Shown: piece after piece, positions 48,170-60,210 of the stretch | Position numbering within the stretch: the first letter of the stretch is position 1 | Layout: each line of letters opens with the position of its first letter | Assembly: GCF_963921235.1 (NCBI RefSeq) | Contig: NC_086097.1 | Location: forward strand, 2,728,001-2,792,000 | DNA from: Mobula hypostoma | Taxonomy: Eukaryota | DNA: 64,000 nucleotides | Direction of reading: 5' to 3' | Notes under the pieces: model-generated | The model's database searches: none | What the model was told of the DNA's origin: nothing | Seen by the model: the letters and a program-made list of their open reading frames with translations, nothing else | Translations under genes and position numbers: made by a program

Positions 48170-49520
48170 ACATAGAAAACCTACAGCACAATACAGGCCC
48201 TTCAGCCCACAAAGCTGTGCCGAACATGTCCTTACCTGAGAAATTACCTAGGGTTAGCCATAGCCCTCTATTTTTCTAAGCTCCATGTACCTATCCAGCA
48301 GTCTCTTAAAAGACCCTATCGTATCTGCCTCTACCACCGTTGCCGGCAGCCAATTCCACGCACTCACCACTCTCTGCATAATAAACGTATCCCTGACATC
48401 TCCACAACACGCTGGAGGAACTCAGCAGGTCGGGCAGCATCCGTAGAAATGAACAGTCGATGTTTCGGGCCGAGGCCCTTCATCCTGAATGTCCCGCTGT
48501 AACCTCTGACAGCCCTCCGCACTATCCACAACACCTCCAATCTTTGTATCATGAGCAAATTTATGAACCCATCCCTCCACTTCTTCATCCAGGTCATTTA
48601 TAAAAATCATGAAGAGTAGGGGTCCCAGAAGAGATCCCTGAGGCACACCACTGGTCACCGACCTCCATGCAGAATATGATCCATCTACAACCACTCTTTG
48701 CCTTCTGTGGGCAAGCCAGATCTGGATCCACAAAGCAATGCCCCCTTGGATCCTATGCCTCCTTACTTTCTCAATAAGCCTTGCATGGAGTACCTTATCA
48801 AGTGCCTTGCTGAAATCCATATACACTACACCTACTCCTCTAACTAATGGTAAGGCAGGAGGAGAAGATGGCAGCATGCCTGCGCGTGCGCAGCCCCCCG
48901 GTGAAAAATGATATCGTATCTGTTAAATAGGGGCCGTGGACAATTCTGATTTGATAGAGAATGGGCGTGAAAGCACAGAGGAACATCTGGAGAAATTTCT
49001 GAAATGCCCGTTCGCTGCTGTCGTTACTGCGTGGTCAGGAATCTTTCGGAGGGTAGGCCTCAAAATCCCCGGCCTTGCCTGCTCTTGGCGACCGAGAAGG
49101 AGATCGAATCTTTCAGACAGAGATGGCGCTCAGTACTCGGTGTCGGAGAGCTGATCAGAGCTCGAAGTTTTCAGATGACTCAGAGTCGGACCGTAGTCGG
49201 GTATGGCAGGGAGAGTTTTTCTTCCTTCTCCCGTCTGCGTGAGATGTGGGACATTTGAGAGACTTTGAACTTTACTGTGCTCATGGACTTCTTCATCAAG
49301 TTATGGTATCGTTGCACTGTTTGTAACTATATGTTATAATTATGTGGTTTTGTCAGTTTTTTCAGTCTTGGTTTGTCCTGTGTTTTGTGATATCACACCG
49401 GAGGAAATAATGTATCATTTCTTAATGCATGCATTACTAAATAACAATAAAAGAGGACTACGTGTCTTCATAATCTAACATCATCAATGTGTTTAGTCAC
49501 ATCCTCAAAGTTGGGAAACT
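48170..49520 (-). mobile_element. CR1 fragment nested in Gypsy; contains a Penelope terminus (~48403-48487) and a CpG-rich retroposon (~48845-49477)
   Basis: MDFSKALDKV and GVPQGS motifs, with a CR1 tail at 48170. Confidence 0.8.
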
Positions 49521-49589
49521 TTGGAGAGACCCAGTAAGGGAACAACCTGGCATCTTGTGGGGAACATGTTTCAACCAATGTACCAGGGG

Positions 49590-51012
49590 AAACACTGAAG
49601 TGCAAAACTCTACTCTTGAAGGCTTGATGGGGCCAAGCTCCAGTGTATCACCATGGATCGGAGCATATTTATGCTGGAGCCATACTTGACACAGGTCCTC
49701 AGGTTACTCTACTTTACAGATCTTTTGACAACCGATATTTGACGCGTTTACCATTGATGCCACTCAGTGCCCAAGAAATATGGCCCCTTAGTACTGATGA
49801 TTGCCTGTATGGTGGTTACTTGTCGTTGAAGTTTGGGTTTTCGGAAGCAGATAATGGAGTAGATGAGGCCCTTGATACATTACTGTTGATCAGTGCGGAC
49901 TCGGTTGAAAAGAGTGAAGCTTCCATTATTGTGGGAACAAATACTCCCATTGTGAGAAGGCTTTTTGGAGCCTGCAAGGAGAGAAATGGAGAGAATTTTT
50001 TGAAAACCTTATTCATTCACCCAGGGTTTAGAGCTGTTTTTGAGGAAGTGAAAGTTCCTCCAAAGCAAGGTGAGCATAAACAAGGAACTGTGTGATACAC
50101 CCACCGTGTCACATCCTGGTGAATTAGCTAGAGTGACAGGAAAGCCCAAGTTCCCTGAAATGCCTGATGATGAGGCTCTCCTGGTGGATAGTCTGGAGGA
50201 CCCTGAAGAACGGTCATGCTTACCTGCCGGGTATTGGCGAGACCCTACACTGCAGAAACCTTCAGCTGTACATGTAATCAGGATGGCAGTGATTGGAGAG
50301 AGAGGTCAGCCTCAGACATGGGACGCCAATGGCACATCTTTTCTTGGTGACCGTAATGTCTAGTTTTCTGGTAAGAAAACCAGGAGGGAGACATTCTCCT
50401 GGATCAGGAAAGTTAATGGGAAAATATTTGAACCTTGGTGACTCCTTGGTACCCAAGGGATGGAAAAGGAGACTATAGAGAAGATGTTGAAGTTTGAAGA
50501 TGTCTTTTCTACTGACGAATTTCATGTGGATTGCTCTAAGAGTAATTGCCACACCATCCAAATGACAGAGGACACTCCTTTCAGAGAAAGGTCTCGGCGA
50601 TTAGCACCAGCAAAAATTGAAGATGGTTGGCAGCATCTGCTGAAACCTCAATGAGTCAAGGAATCCCTAAGTGACACCCATAGTGGTGGTGAGGAAGAAG
50701 AATGGGAAGGTATGAATGTGTGTTGACTACCGGACACTGAACCAACATACAGTCCCTGACCAATATGCTGTTCCATGGATCGAGGATATTCCGGCCTGCT
50801 GAGGAAAGGAAGTTGGGAGCGGGTATTATGAAGTGAATGAAATTGACAAAGAGAAGATAGCATTTATATGTCCACTTGGATTCTTTCAGATTGAACGAAT
50901 GCCCCAGAGCATATCAGGGGCACTGGCTACTTTACAATGTGTCATGGAGAAGGCTGTTTGAGTCATGGACTTGCTTGAGTTACAGGTGCATTTGGATGAC
51001 CTCATAGAGTTT
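49590..51012 (+). pseudogene. Gypsy protease and N-terminal RT pseudogene
   Basis: AILDTGPQVTL protease motif, TEDTPFRERSRRLAP, RMPQSISGA and V(H)LDDLI. Confidence 0.8.
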
Positions 51013-52784
51013 GCATTGTTGGCCATAAGAAAGGACAGTCTAATCAAGGACAAGAGAAGCAGACAAACCAGTTGTCTTTGTTTCCAGTCACAAACAAGAG
51101 AAAATCTGCAGATGCTGGAAACCTGAGCAACACACACAAAATGCTGGAGGAACTCAGCAGGCCAGGCAGCATCTATGGAAAAGAGCACAGTCGATGTTTT
51201 GGGCAGAAACGTTTCAGCAAGTCCATCCACTTTGTGAACTTTGAACCAATTCTGGTTCTTGGATAATCTAATCAGAGCAATTGAATGTGGATACAAGTAG
51301 GTTTAGGTGATGACCTGCTAAACCTGAGACCATTCTTGGACAAGTAGTTATTTGTTATGTAAAGAGCATGGACTCTGAACCGATTCTTGCTCTGGGATAA
51401 TCTAATCAGAGCAATTGAATGTGGACACAAACAGCTTCAGGTAATGGCCTGCTGAACTTGCTAAATTCTCAGATAAATAGCTACTTATTATGTAAAATGC
51501 CAGACCTACCAAAGAAACAATCTGTAATCTTATTAGACTCTGTCTGGGTCTATCCACACAAGCAAAGCCTCTCATCATTTTATACACATCTATCAGGTCA
51601 CCTCTCATCCTCCCTCGCTCCAAAGAGAAAAACCCAAGGACACTCAACCTATTCTCACAATGTACACCCGCCAATCCAGGCAACATCCTTGTGAATCTCC
51701 CCTGCATTTTCTCTATTGTATTCACATTCTTCCTGTGGTGAGGTGACCAGAACTGAGCACAGTACTCCAAGTGTAACATTACCTCATAGCTCTTGAACTC
51801 TATCCCATGGTTGATAAATGCCAACACACCATACGCCTTCTTAACAACATTGTCAACCTGCGCAGCAGCTTTGAGTGTCCTATGGACACGGACCCCAAGA
51901 TCTTGCTGCTCCTTCACACTGCCAAGAGCTTTACCATTAATATTATGTTCTGTCTTCAAATTTGACGTACAGAAACGAACCACTTCACACTTATCTTGGT
52001 TGAACTCTATCCACCACTTCTCAGCCCAGTTCTGCATCCTATCAATGTCCCGTTGTAACCACTGACAGCCCTCCAGACTATCCACAACACCCCCAACTTT
52101 TGTGTCATCAGCAAACTTACTAACCCACCCTTCTACATCTTCATGCTGGTCATTTATAAAAATCACAAAGAGAAGGGGTCCCAGAATAGATCCCTGCGGA
52201 GCACTGTCCTCCATGCAGAATATGAACCATCCATCAACAGCATTTGTCTTCTGTGGGCAAGCCAATTCTAGATCCACAAAGCAAGGTATCCTTGGATCCC
52301 ATGCCTCATTTCTTTCTGAATGAGCCTAGCATGGGGAACCTTATCAAGTGCCTTATTGGAATCCATATACACTACATCTACTGCTCTACCTTCATCAATG
52401 TGTTTTGTTACATCCTCAAAGAATTAAATCAGGTTCGTTAGGCATGACCTGCCCTTGACAAAGCCATGCTGACTGTCCCTAATCAGATTATGTCTCTCCA
52501 AATGCTCATAAATCCTGCCTCTCAGGATCTTCTTCAATGATTTGCCCCACCACTGAAGTAAGGCTCACCGGTCTATAATTTCCTGGGTTACCTCTACTCC
52601 CTTTTTTGATCAAGGGAACAATGTTTGCAACCCTCCAATCCTCTGGAACTTCTCCCATCCCTATTAATGATGCAAAGATCACTGCCAGAGACTCAGCAAT
52701 TTCTTCCCTTGCTTCCCACAGTAGCCTGGGGTATATCTTGTCCGGTCCCAGTGACATATCTAACTTAATTCTTTTCAAAAGCTC

Positions 52785-55380
52785 CATAGAAACCATAGAA
52801 ACCATAGAAACTACAGCACAGAAACAGGCCTTTTGGCCCTTCTTGGCTGTGCCGAACCATTTTCTGCCTAGTCCCACTGACCTGCACACGGACCATATCC
52901 CTCCATACACCTCCCATCCATGTATCTGTCCAATTTATTCTTAAATGTTAAAAAAGAACCCGCATTTACCACCTCGTCTGGCAGCTCATTCCATACTCCC
53001 ACCACTCTCTGTGTGAAGAAGCCCCCCCTAATGTTCCCTTTAAACTTTTCCCCCCTCACCCTTAACACATGTCCTCTGGTTTTTTTCTCCCCTTGCCTCA
53101 GTGGAAAAAGCCTGCTTGCATTCACTATATCTATACCCATCATAATTTTATATACCTCTATCAAATCTCCCCTCATTCTTCTACGCTCGAGAGAATGAAG
53201 TCCGAACCTATTCAACCTTTCTCTGTAACTGTAACTGAGTTTCTCAAGTCCCGGCAACATCCTTGTAAACCTTCTCTGCACTCTTTCAACCTTATTTATA
53301 TCCTTCCTGTAATTTGGTGACCAAAACTGAACACAATACTCCAGATTCGGCCTCACCAATGCCTTATACAACCTCATCATAACATTCCAGCTCTTATACT
53401 CAATATTTTGATTAACAAAGGCCAATGTACCAAAAGCTCTCTTTACGACCCTATCTACCTGTGACGCCACTTTTAGGGAATTTTGTATCTGTATTCCCAG
53501 ATCCCTCTGTTCTACTGGACTCCTCAGTGCCTTACCATTAACCCTGTATGTTCTACCTTGGTTTGTCCTTCCAACGTGCAATACCTCACACTTGTCTGTA
53601 TTAAACTCCATCTGCCATTTTTCAGCCCATTTTTCCAACTGGTCCAAGTCCCTCTGCAGGCTCTGAAAATCTTCCTCACTGTCTACTACACCTCCAACCT
53701 TTGTATCATCAGCAAATTTGCTGATCCAATTTACCATATTATCATCCAGATCATTGATATAGATGACAAATAACAATGGACCCAGCACTGATCCCTGTGG
53801 CACACCACTAATCACAGGCCTCCACTCAGAGAAGCAATTCTCTACCACCACTCTCTGGCTTCTTCCACTGAGCCAACGTCTAATCCAATTTACTACCTCT
53901 CCATGTATACCTAGCGACTGAATTTTCCTAACTAACCTCCCATACGGGACCTTGTCAAAGGCCTTACTGAAGTCCATGTAGACAATATCCACTGCCTTCC
54001 CTTCATCCACTTTCCTGGTAACCTCCTCAAAAAACTTCAATAGATTGGTCAAACATGACCTACCACGCACAAAGCCATGTTGACTCTCTCTAATAAGTCC
54101 CTGTCTATCCAAATGCTTGTAGATTCTGTCTCTTAGTACTCCCTCCAATAACTTACCTACTACCGACGTTAAACTCACTGGCCTATAATTTCCCGGATTA
54201 CTTTTCGATCCTTTTTTAAACAACGGAACAATCCTCTACAATCCTCTACAAGCCACTCTCCAATCCTCCGGCACCTCATCCGTAGACAGTGACATTTTAA
54301 ATATTTCTGCCAGGGCCCCCGCAATTTCAACACTAGTCTCCTTCAAGGTCCAAGGGAACACCCTGTCAGGTCCCGGGGATTTATCCACTTTAATTTTCCT
54401 AAGACAGCAAGCACCTCCTCCTTTTCAATCTGTACAGTTTCCATGATCTCACTACTTGATTCCCTCAATTCCATAGAGTTCATGCCAGTTTCCTTAGTAA
54501 ATACAGACGCAAAAAACCTATTTAAGATCTCCCTCATTTCCTTTGGTTCCGCACATAGCCGACCACTCTGATCTTCAAGAGGACCAATTTTATCCCTTAC
54601 AATCCTTTTGTTCTTAATATACCTGTAAAAGCTCTTTGGATTATCCTTCACTTTGACTGCCAAGGCAACCTCATGTCTTCTTTTAGCCCTCCTGATTACT
54701 TTCTTAAGTATTTTCTTGCACTTCTTATACTCCTCAAGCACCTGATTTACTCCTTGTTTCCTATACATTTCATACAGCTCCCTCTTCTTCTTTATCAGAA
54801 TTGCAATATCCCTTGAGAACCAAGGTTCCTTATTCCTATTCAATTTGCCTTTAATCCTGACAGGAACATACAAACTCTGCACTCTCAAAATTTCCCCTTT
54901 GAAGGCTTCCCACCCACCGATCACATCTTTGCCAGAGAACAACCTGTCCCAATCCATGCTTTTTAGATCCTTTCTCATTTCTTCAAATTTGGCCTTCTTC
55001 CAGTTCAGAACCTCAACCCTAGGACCAGATCTATCCTTGTCCATGATCAAATTGAAACTAATGGTGTTATGATCACTGGAACCAAAGTGCTCCTCTACAC
55101 AGACTTCCGTCACTTGTCCTAACTCGTTTCCTAACAGGAGATCCAATATTGCATCCCCTCTAGTTGGTCCCTCTATATATTGATTTAGAAAACTTTCCTG
55201 AATACATTTTACAAACTCTAAACCATCTATACCCCTAACAGTATGGGAGTCCCAATCAATGTATGGAAAATTAAAATCCCCTATCACCACAACTTTATGT
55301 TTCCTGCAGTTGCCTGCTATCTCTCTGCAGATTTGCTCTTCCAAGTCTCGTTGACTATTGGGTGGTCTGTAACACAATCT
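52785..55380 (-). mobile_element. Young CR1 LINE ORF2 (endonuclease to tail), 5'-truncated
   Basis: 451-aa open RT frame at 52868-54223 and an open endonuclease/linker frame at 54343-55380. (CATAGAAAC)n tail. Confidence 0.93.
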
Positions 55381-55393
55381 CTTTGTAGCACAT

Positions 55394-55587
55394 AACAGGA
55401 ATTCTGCAGATGCTGGAAATTCAAGCAACACACATAAAAGTTGCTGGTGAACGCAGCAGGCCAGGCTCTCGGCCTGCTGGCTGTATCTCAGGGGTGCTGG
55501 CTGGGTCTCGGCCTGAAACGTCGACTGCACCTCTTCCTAGAGATGTTGCCTGGCCTGCTGCATTCACCAGCAACTTTTATGTGTGTT
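55394..55587. mobile_element. Short Penelope fold-back with patchwork junction
   Basis: 13-bp TSD CTTTGTAGCACAT at 55381-55393 and 55588-55600. Confidence 0.85.
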
Positions 55588-55715
55588 CTTTGTAGCACAT
55601 CCTCTTTCTTAATGTCTATACACACAAGCATTCAGTCCGCTTTAAGCCATCCCCACAATTGCCAAGGTCCTTTTCACTGGTGAATACCGAAACAAAGTAT
55701 TCATTAATTACCTCC

Positions 55716-56253
55716 TGTTAGAGTGGATTTTTTTGGGGTAGATGATTTGTTTACACTTAAATGACTGGCCACCAGACTTCTATTTTTAACTGTTTGACAA
55801 AGGACTGTGGATTGAGTCCACCACAATGGGCTTCCTAAAAGGTGTAAATATCAGATGCTTCTGGCGCCTGATTGTGTAGTTTCGAAGACAGTATTATCTA
55901 TACATTATAAATATTAATTGTCTTCTATGTTAGCACATAAAATGCCAAATAAATGTAATGTGGATTGAACTAAAGGCTGTGGATACCAACCCAGACAGGT
56001 TGGCGTCAGAAGGAAAGGATGAAATCCGAAGGTGTGATGTTTGTCTGTAACTTCAAAAGGAAGCATTGTCTATGCATTGTCTGAAGTAGCGATCACCTTT
56101 GTGTTTAGCATATAAATATCGAGCCCAAATTCAGCTAACAGAACTTTCTGCGGAAAGCGTCTCCGTCGGTTAAGATGCTTGCTGTGTCGAATAAAGAAGC
56201 TGCTTTGTACCTACCAGTGACTCTGTCTCTCTGGTGATTTCATCCACGCTACA
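55716..56253 (+). mobile_element. Solo LTR inserted in CR1
   Basis: TGTTAG...CTACA ends, TATAAATA at 56111 and AATAAA at 56190. Flanks are CCTCC/ACTCC, and CR1 continues on both sides. Confidence 0.7.
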
Positions 56254-58680
56254 ACTCCTTCACTGCCTCCTCCAACTCCACTCTCCCTCCTGATTGGTCC
56301 TATTCTCACACGGCTCATCCTCTTGCCCTTCACATACTTGGGAGTTTCCTTAATCCTGCTCACCAAGGCCTTCTCATGGCCCCTTCTAGCTCTCCTAATT
56401 TCATTCTTGAGCTCTTTCCTGGCACACTTGTAATTTTCTCGAGCTCTTGAACCTTTGAACTTTCGTAAGCTTTCTTTTCTTCTTAAATAGATTCTTTGTA
56501 CACCATGGTTCTTTTACCCTTCCATTCTTTCCCTAACTCGATGGAACATACCTATGCAGAACTCCATGCAAATGTTCCCTGAACATTTGCCACATTTCTG
56601 ACGTGCATTTCCCTGAGAACATCTGCTCCCAATTTATGTTCCCAAGTTCCTGCTTAATAACATCATATTTCCCCTTACTCCAATTAAATGAGCTCCCAAA
56701 TTTTCTGCTCCTATCCCTCTCCAGCGCTGTGGTAAAGGAGACAGAGTTGTGATCACTACTTCCAAAATTCTTTCCCAGCAAGAGATCTGACACCTGACTA
56801 GGTTCATTTCCCAATACCAGATCAAGTACAGCCACTCCTCTAGTTGGCTTATCTACATATTGTGTCAGGAAACCTTCCTGAACACACCTAACAAACTCCA
56901 CCCCATCTAAACCCCTCGCTCTAAGGAGATGGTCAATATTAGGAAAGTTAAAATCAGCCATCACAACAACCTTATTATTATTGCACCATTTCAGAATCTG
57001 CCTCCCTACCTGTTCCTCGATGTCCCTGTTACTGTTGGGGGGGGGTCTATAAAAAACACCCAGTAGGGTTATTGCCCCTTTCCTGTTTCTGACTTCCACC
57101 CACACTGACTCAGTTGACAATCCCTCCATGACTTCCTCCTTTTCTGCAGCCGTGACACTGTCCCTGAATAGCAAAGGCACGCCCCACTTCTTTTGTCATC
57201 CTCCCTGTCCTTTTTGAAACATCTAAAGTCCGGCACACTCAGCAACCATTCCTGCCCCTGAATCATCCAAGCCTCTGTAATGGTCCCAACATTATTGTTC
57301 CATGTATTGATCCACGCTGTAACTTCATTTGTGATAGATTATGAAGACACGCAGTCCTCTTTTATTGTCATTTAGTAATGCATGCATTAACAATATTTCC
57401 TCGGGTGTGATATCACAAAACACAGGACAGACCAAGACTGAAAAAAACTAACAAAACCACATAATTATAACATATATTTGCATTAAAATAGGCACATCTC
57501 CAACCATTTGGCTGAATACTTCTTTGCTCTGTCATCTGCCTATCCTTTCTCTTCAACTTCTTTCAAGCTATCACTACTTGTCCACCAACCACCTCATCTT
57601 CTGCCTCTTCACTTCGGTTCCCACCCCCTTGCATCTCTAGTTTAAACCCTCCCCAACAGCACTAGCAAACCTCCCTCCCAGGATATTGGTTCCCTCCAGT
57701 TCGGGTGCAACCTGTCCCACTTGTACAGGTCACTCCGTCCCCAGAAAAGGTTCCAATGATCCAAGAACTTGAAACGCTGTCCCTGCACCATCTCCTCAGC
57801 CACTCATTCATTTGCGCTATCTTTCTGTACTGACCTCCACTAGCTGGTAGCACTGGGAGTAATCCGGAGATTACCACCATGAGCCTCCTTCCCAACTCCC
57901 TAAACTTACTGCGCAGGACCTCCACCCCTCTCCAGCCTGTGTCATCAGTATCAACATGTACTACGGCCTCTAGCTGCTCACCCTACCCTTCAAGAATATT
58001 CTGCAACCTCTCAGGACCCTAGCATCTGGGAGGCAACACACTATCTTGGTGATTCTTTTGCTGCTGCAGAATCTCCTATCTGTCCCCCTACCTATCGAGT
58101 CCCCTCTGACTATTGCTCCGCCTGACTTCCCCCTACCCTCTTGAGGCTCAGAGCCGACCACAGTGCTATTGGTCAGGCTGCTGCTGCCTTGCCCAGATAG
58201 GTCATCCCGCTGAACAGTAACCAAAAGGGTATACCTGTTGGTCAAGGGAATGGCCACAGTGGGACCTTGCACTGACTTCTTTCTCCCTTTACCTCACTCA
58301 CGGTTCACACATCTACTCCCTGAACTCTGCACTCTGGGTGTAACCACCTGCTCAACAGTCCTATTTATCAAATGCTCTGCCTCCTGGATGATCCTAAGTT
58401 CATCCAACTCCAGCTCCAGCTCCTTAATACTATCTTTCATGAGCTGGAGTTGGCTGCACTTCCTGCAGGAGTAGTTATCAGGGGGACCATCAGGTTCCAT
58501 GAATTCCCACATCCTACAGGAGGAGCATTCCACTGCCATATCTGCCATCCTGCCTGCATTGAACAAAGGGTAACCAAGACCAAATCCTCTAACTTGTTTC
58601 TTTGGCCTCAGCCTCTTCTCATCAAAGTCCCTTGAGTCAAAGCCTGATGCTCCCACTCTCACCGCTGGCCCACTCCTGAC

Positions 58681-59213
58681 AATGGCCATCCTGCTTTGGG
58701 AGTGCAGTGTTATGTGCTTCGCTGGAACGGGGCTGCACGAGGACATACCCGATCAAAGCTTTTCCATGGACGGCTTCCAGACCGTTCGGGCTGACCGGAA
58801 GTGCACTGAGAGCGGTAAGCGTAAAGGAGTTGGGTGCTTACTGGTTCTGGTTAACAATAGATCGTGCAATCCAGGTCATATTACGATCGAGGAACGTGTT
58901 TGTAGACTGGATATTGAACTTTTTACTGTAGGACTTCGGCCATATTCCACCGAGATACAATACTGGGCGGCATGGGAGGTCGTTCCTGCCTGTGGCCATC
59001 GAACTTGCAGCTCCTCCCGTGGAGGGTCAGACACCCTGAGCCAATAGGCTGGTCCTAGACTTATTTTCATCTGGCACAGTTTGCATTTTGTTGGTTGATT
59101 GTTTGTGGTTTTGTATTGCTATATTTATGCTCTATTCTTGGTTGGTGCAGCTGTAATGAAACCCAATTTCCCTCGGGATCAATAAAGTATGTCTGTCTAT
59201 CTATCTATCTATC
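58681..59213 (+). mobile_element. Internally deleted Rex1-type element (endonuclease start joined to 3' tail)
   Basis: CSVMCFAGT...GFQTVRADR endonuclease-like peptide. Tail nearly identical to 13365-13590, ending in (TCTA)n. Confidence 0.7.
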
Positions 59214-59396
59214 TTGCCCCTTCTCTACTTTTCTTTAATTCTTTGCAGTGCCCTGCTCCCGACACTGACTGGTCCTATGGAATGTCCGGACACATACTAA
59301 GCTCTTGTTTTATATAAGCTTTGCCAACCTGCGAGTAAATTCTTTGAAGTGCAGAACGTCAAATTTTGCAAGGTGTCAGTTAACTATGTTGGGCAC

Positions 59397-60210
59397 CACA
59401 CACAAAAAAAATGCTGGTGAACGCAGCAGGTCAGGCAGCATCTACAGGAAGAGGTACAGTCAAAGTTTCGGGCCGAGAAGTGAGTTGGCTACACTTCACC
59501 TGTGAGTCAGCAGGGGTGATATACTGCGTCCGGTGCTCCCGACGTGGCCTTCTATATATTGATGAGACCCGACGCAGATTGGGAGACCGCTTTGCTGAAC
59601 ACCTACGCTCTGTCCACCAGAGAAAGCAGGATCTCCCAGTGGCCACACATTTTAATTCCACGCCCCATTCCCATTCTGACATGTCTATCCATGGCCTCTA
59701 CTGTCAAGATAAAGCCACACTCAGGTTGGAGGAACAACACCTTATATTCCGTCTGGGTAGCCTCCAACCTGATGGCATGAATATTGACTTCTCTAACTTC
59801 CGCTAATGCCCCAATTCCCCCTCATACCCCATCCGTTATTTATTTAATATATTTTTTATTTTTCCCCCTTTTTTTCTCTTTTCTCCCTCTGTCCCTCTCA
59901 CTATAACTCCTTGCCTCCCTTCCCCCCTTCTCTTTCTCCCCAGGTTTCCCATCCCATGATCCTCTCCCTTCTCCAACTCTTGGCTCCATCCCTCCCCCTC
60001 CTGTCTTCTCCTATCATTTTGGATCTCCCCCTCCCCCTCCCCCTTTCAAATCTCTTATTAGCTCTTCTTTCAGTTAATCCTGACGAAGGGTCTCGGCCCG
60101 AAACGTCGACTGTACCTCTTCCTATAGATGCTGCCTGGCCTGCTGCGTTCACCAGCATTTTTTTTTGTGTGTGTTGCTTGAATTTCCAGCATCCGCAGAT
60201 TTCCTCGTGT
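59397..60210. mobile_element. Penelope fold-back (short minus arm, plus arm with GIY-YIG; hammerhead at 60076-60111) inserted in Gypsy RT
   Basis: 13-bp TSD CTATGTTGGGCAC at 59384-59396 and 60211-60223. Confidence 0.88.

Larger units (their letters stand above)
51540..59340 (-). mobile_element. Near full-length old CR1 (ORF1 zinc finger/coiled coil/esterase and ORF2) inserted in the Gypsy RT, itself interrupted several times
   Basis: RT 51540-52783; linker and endonuclease 55590-57320; SGNH esterase GDSIGRGTDRRFC...VCCLP 57660-58270; AVECSSCRMW...CRKC plus heptads 58294-58550. Confidence 0.8.
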
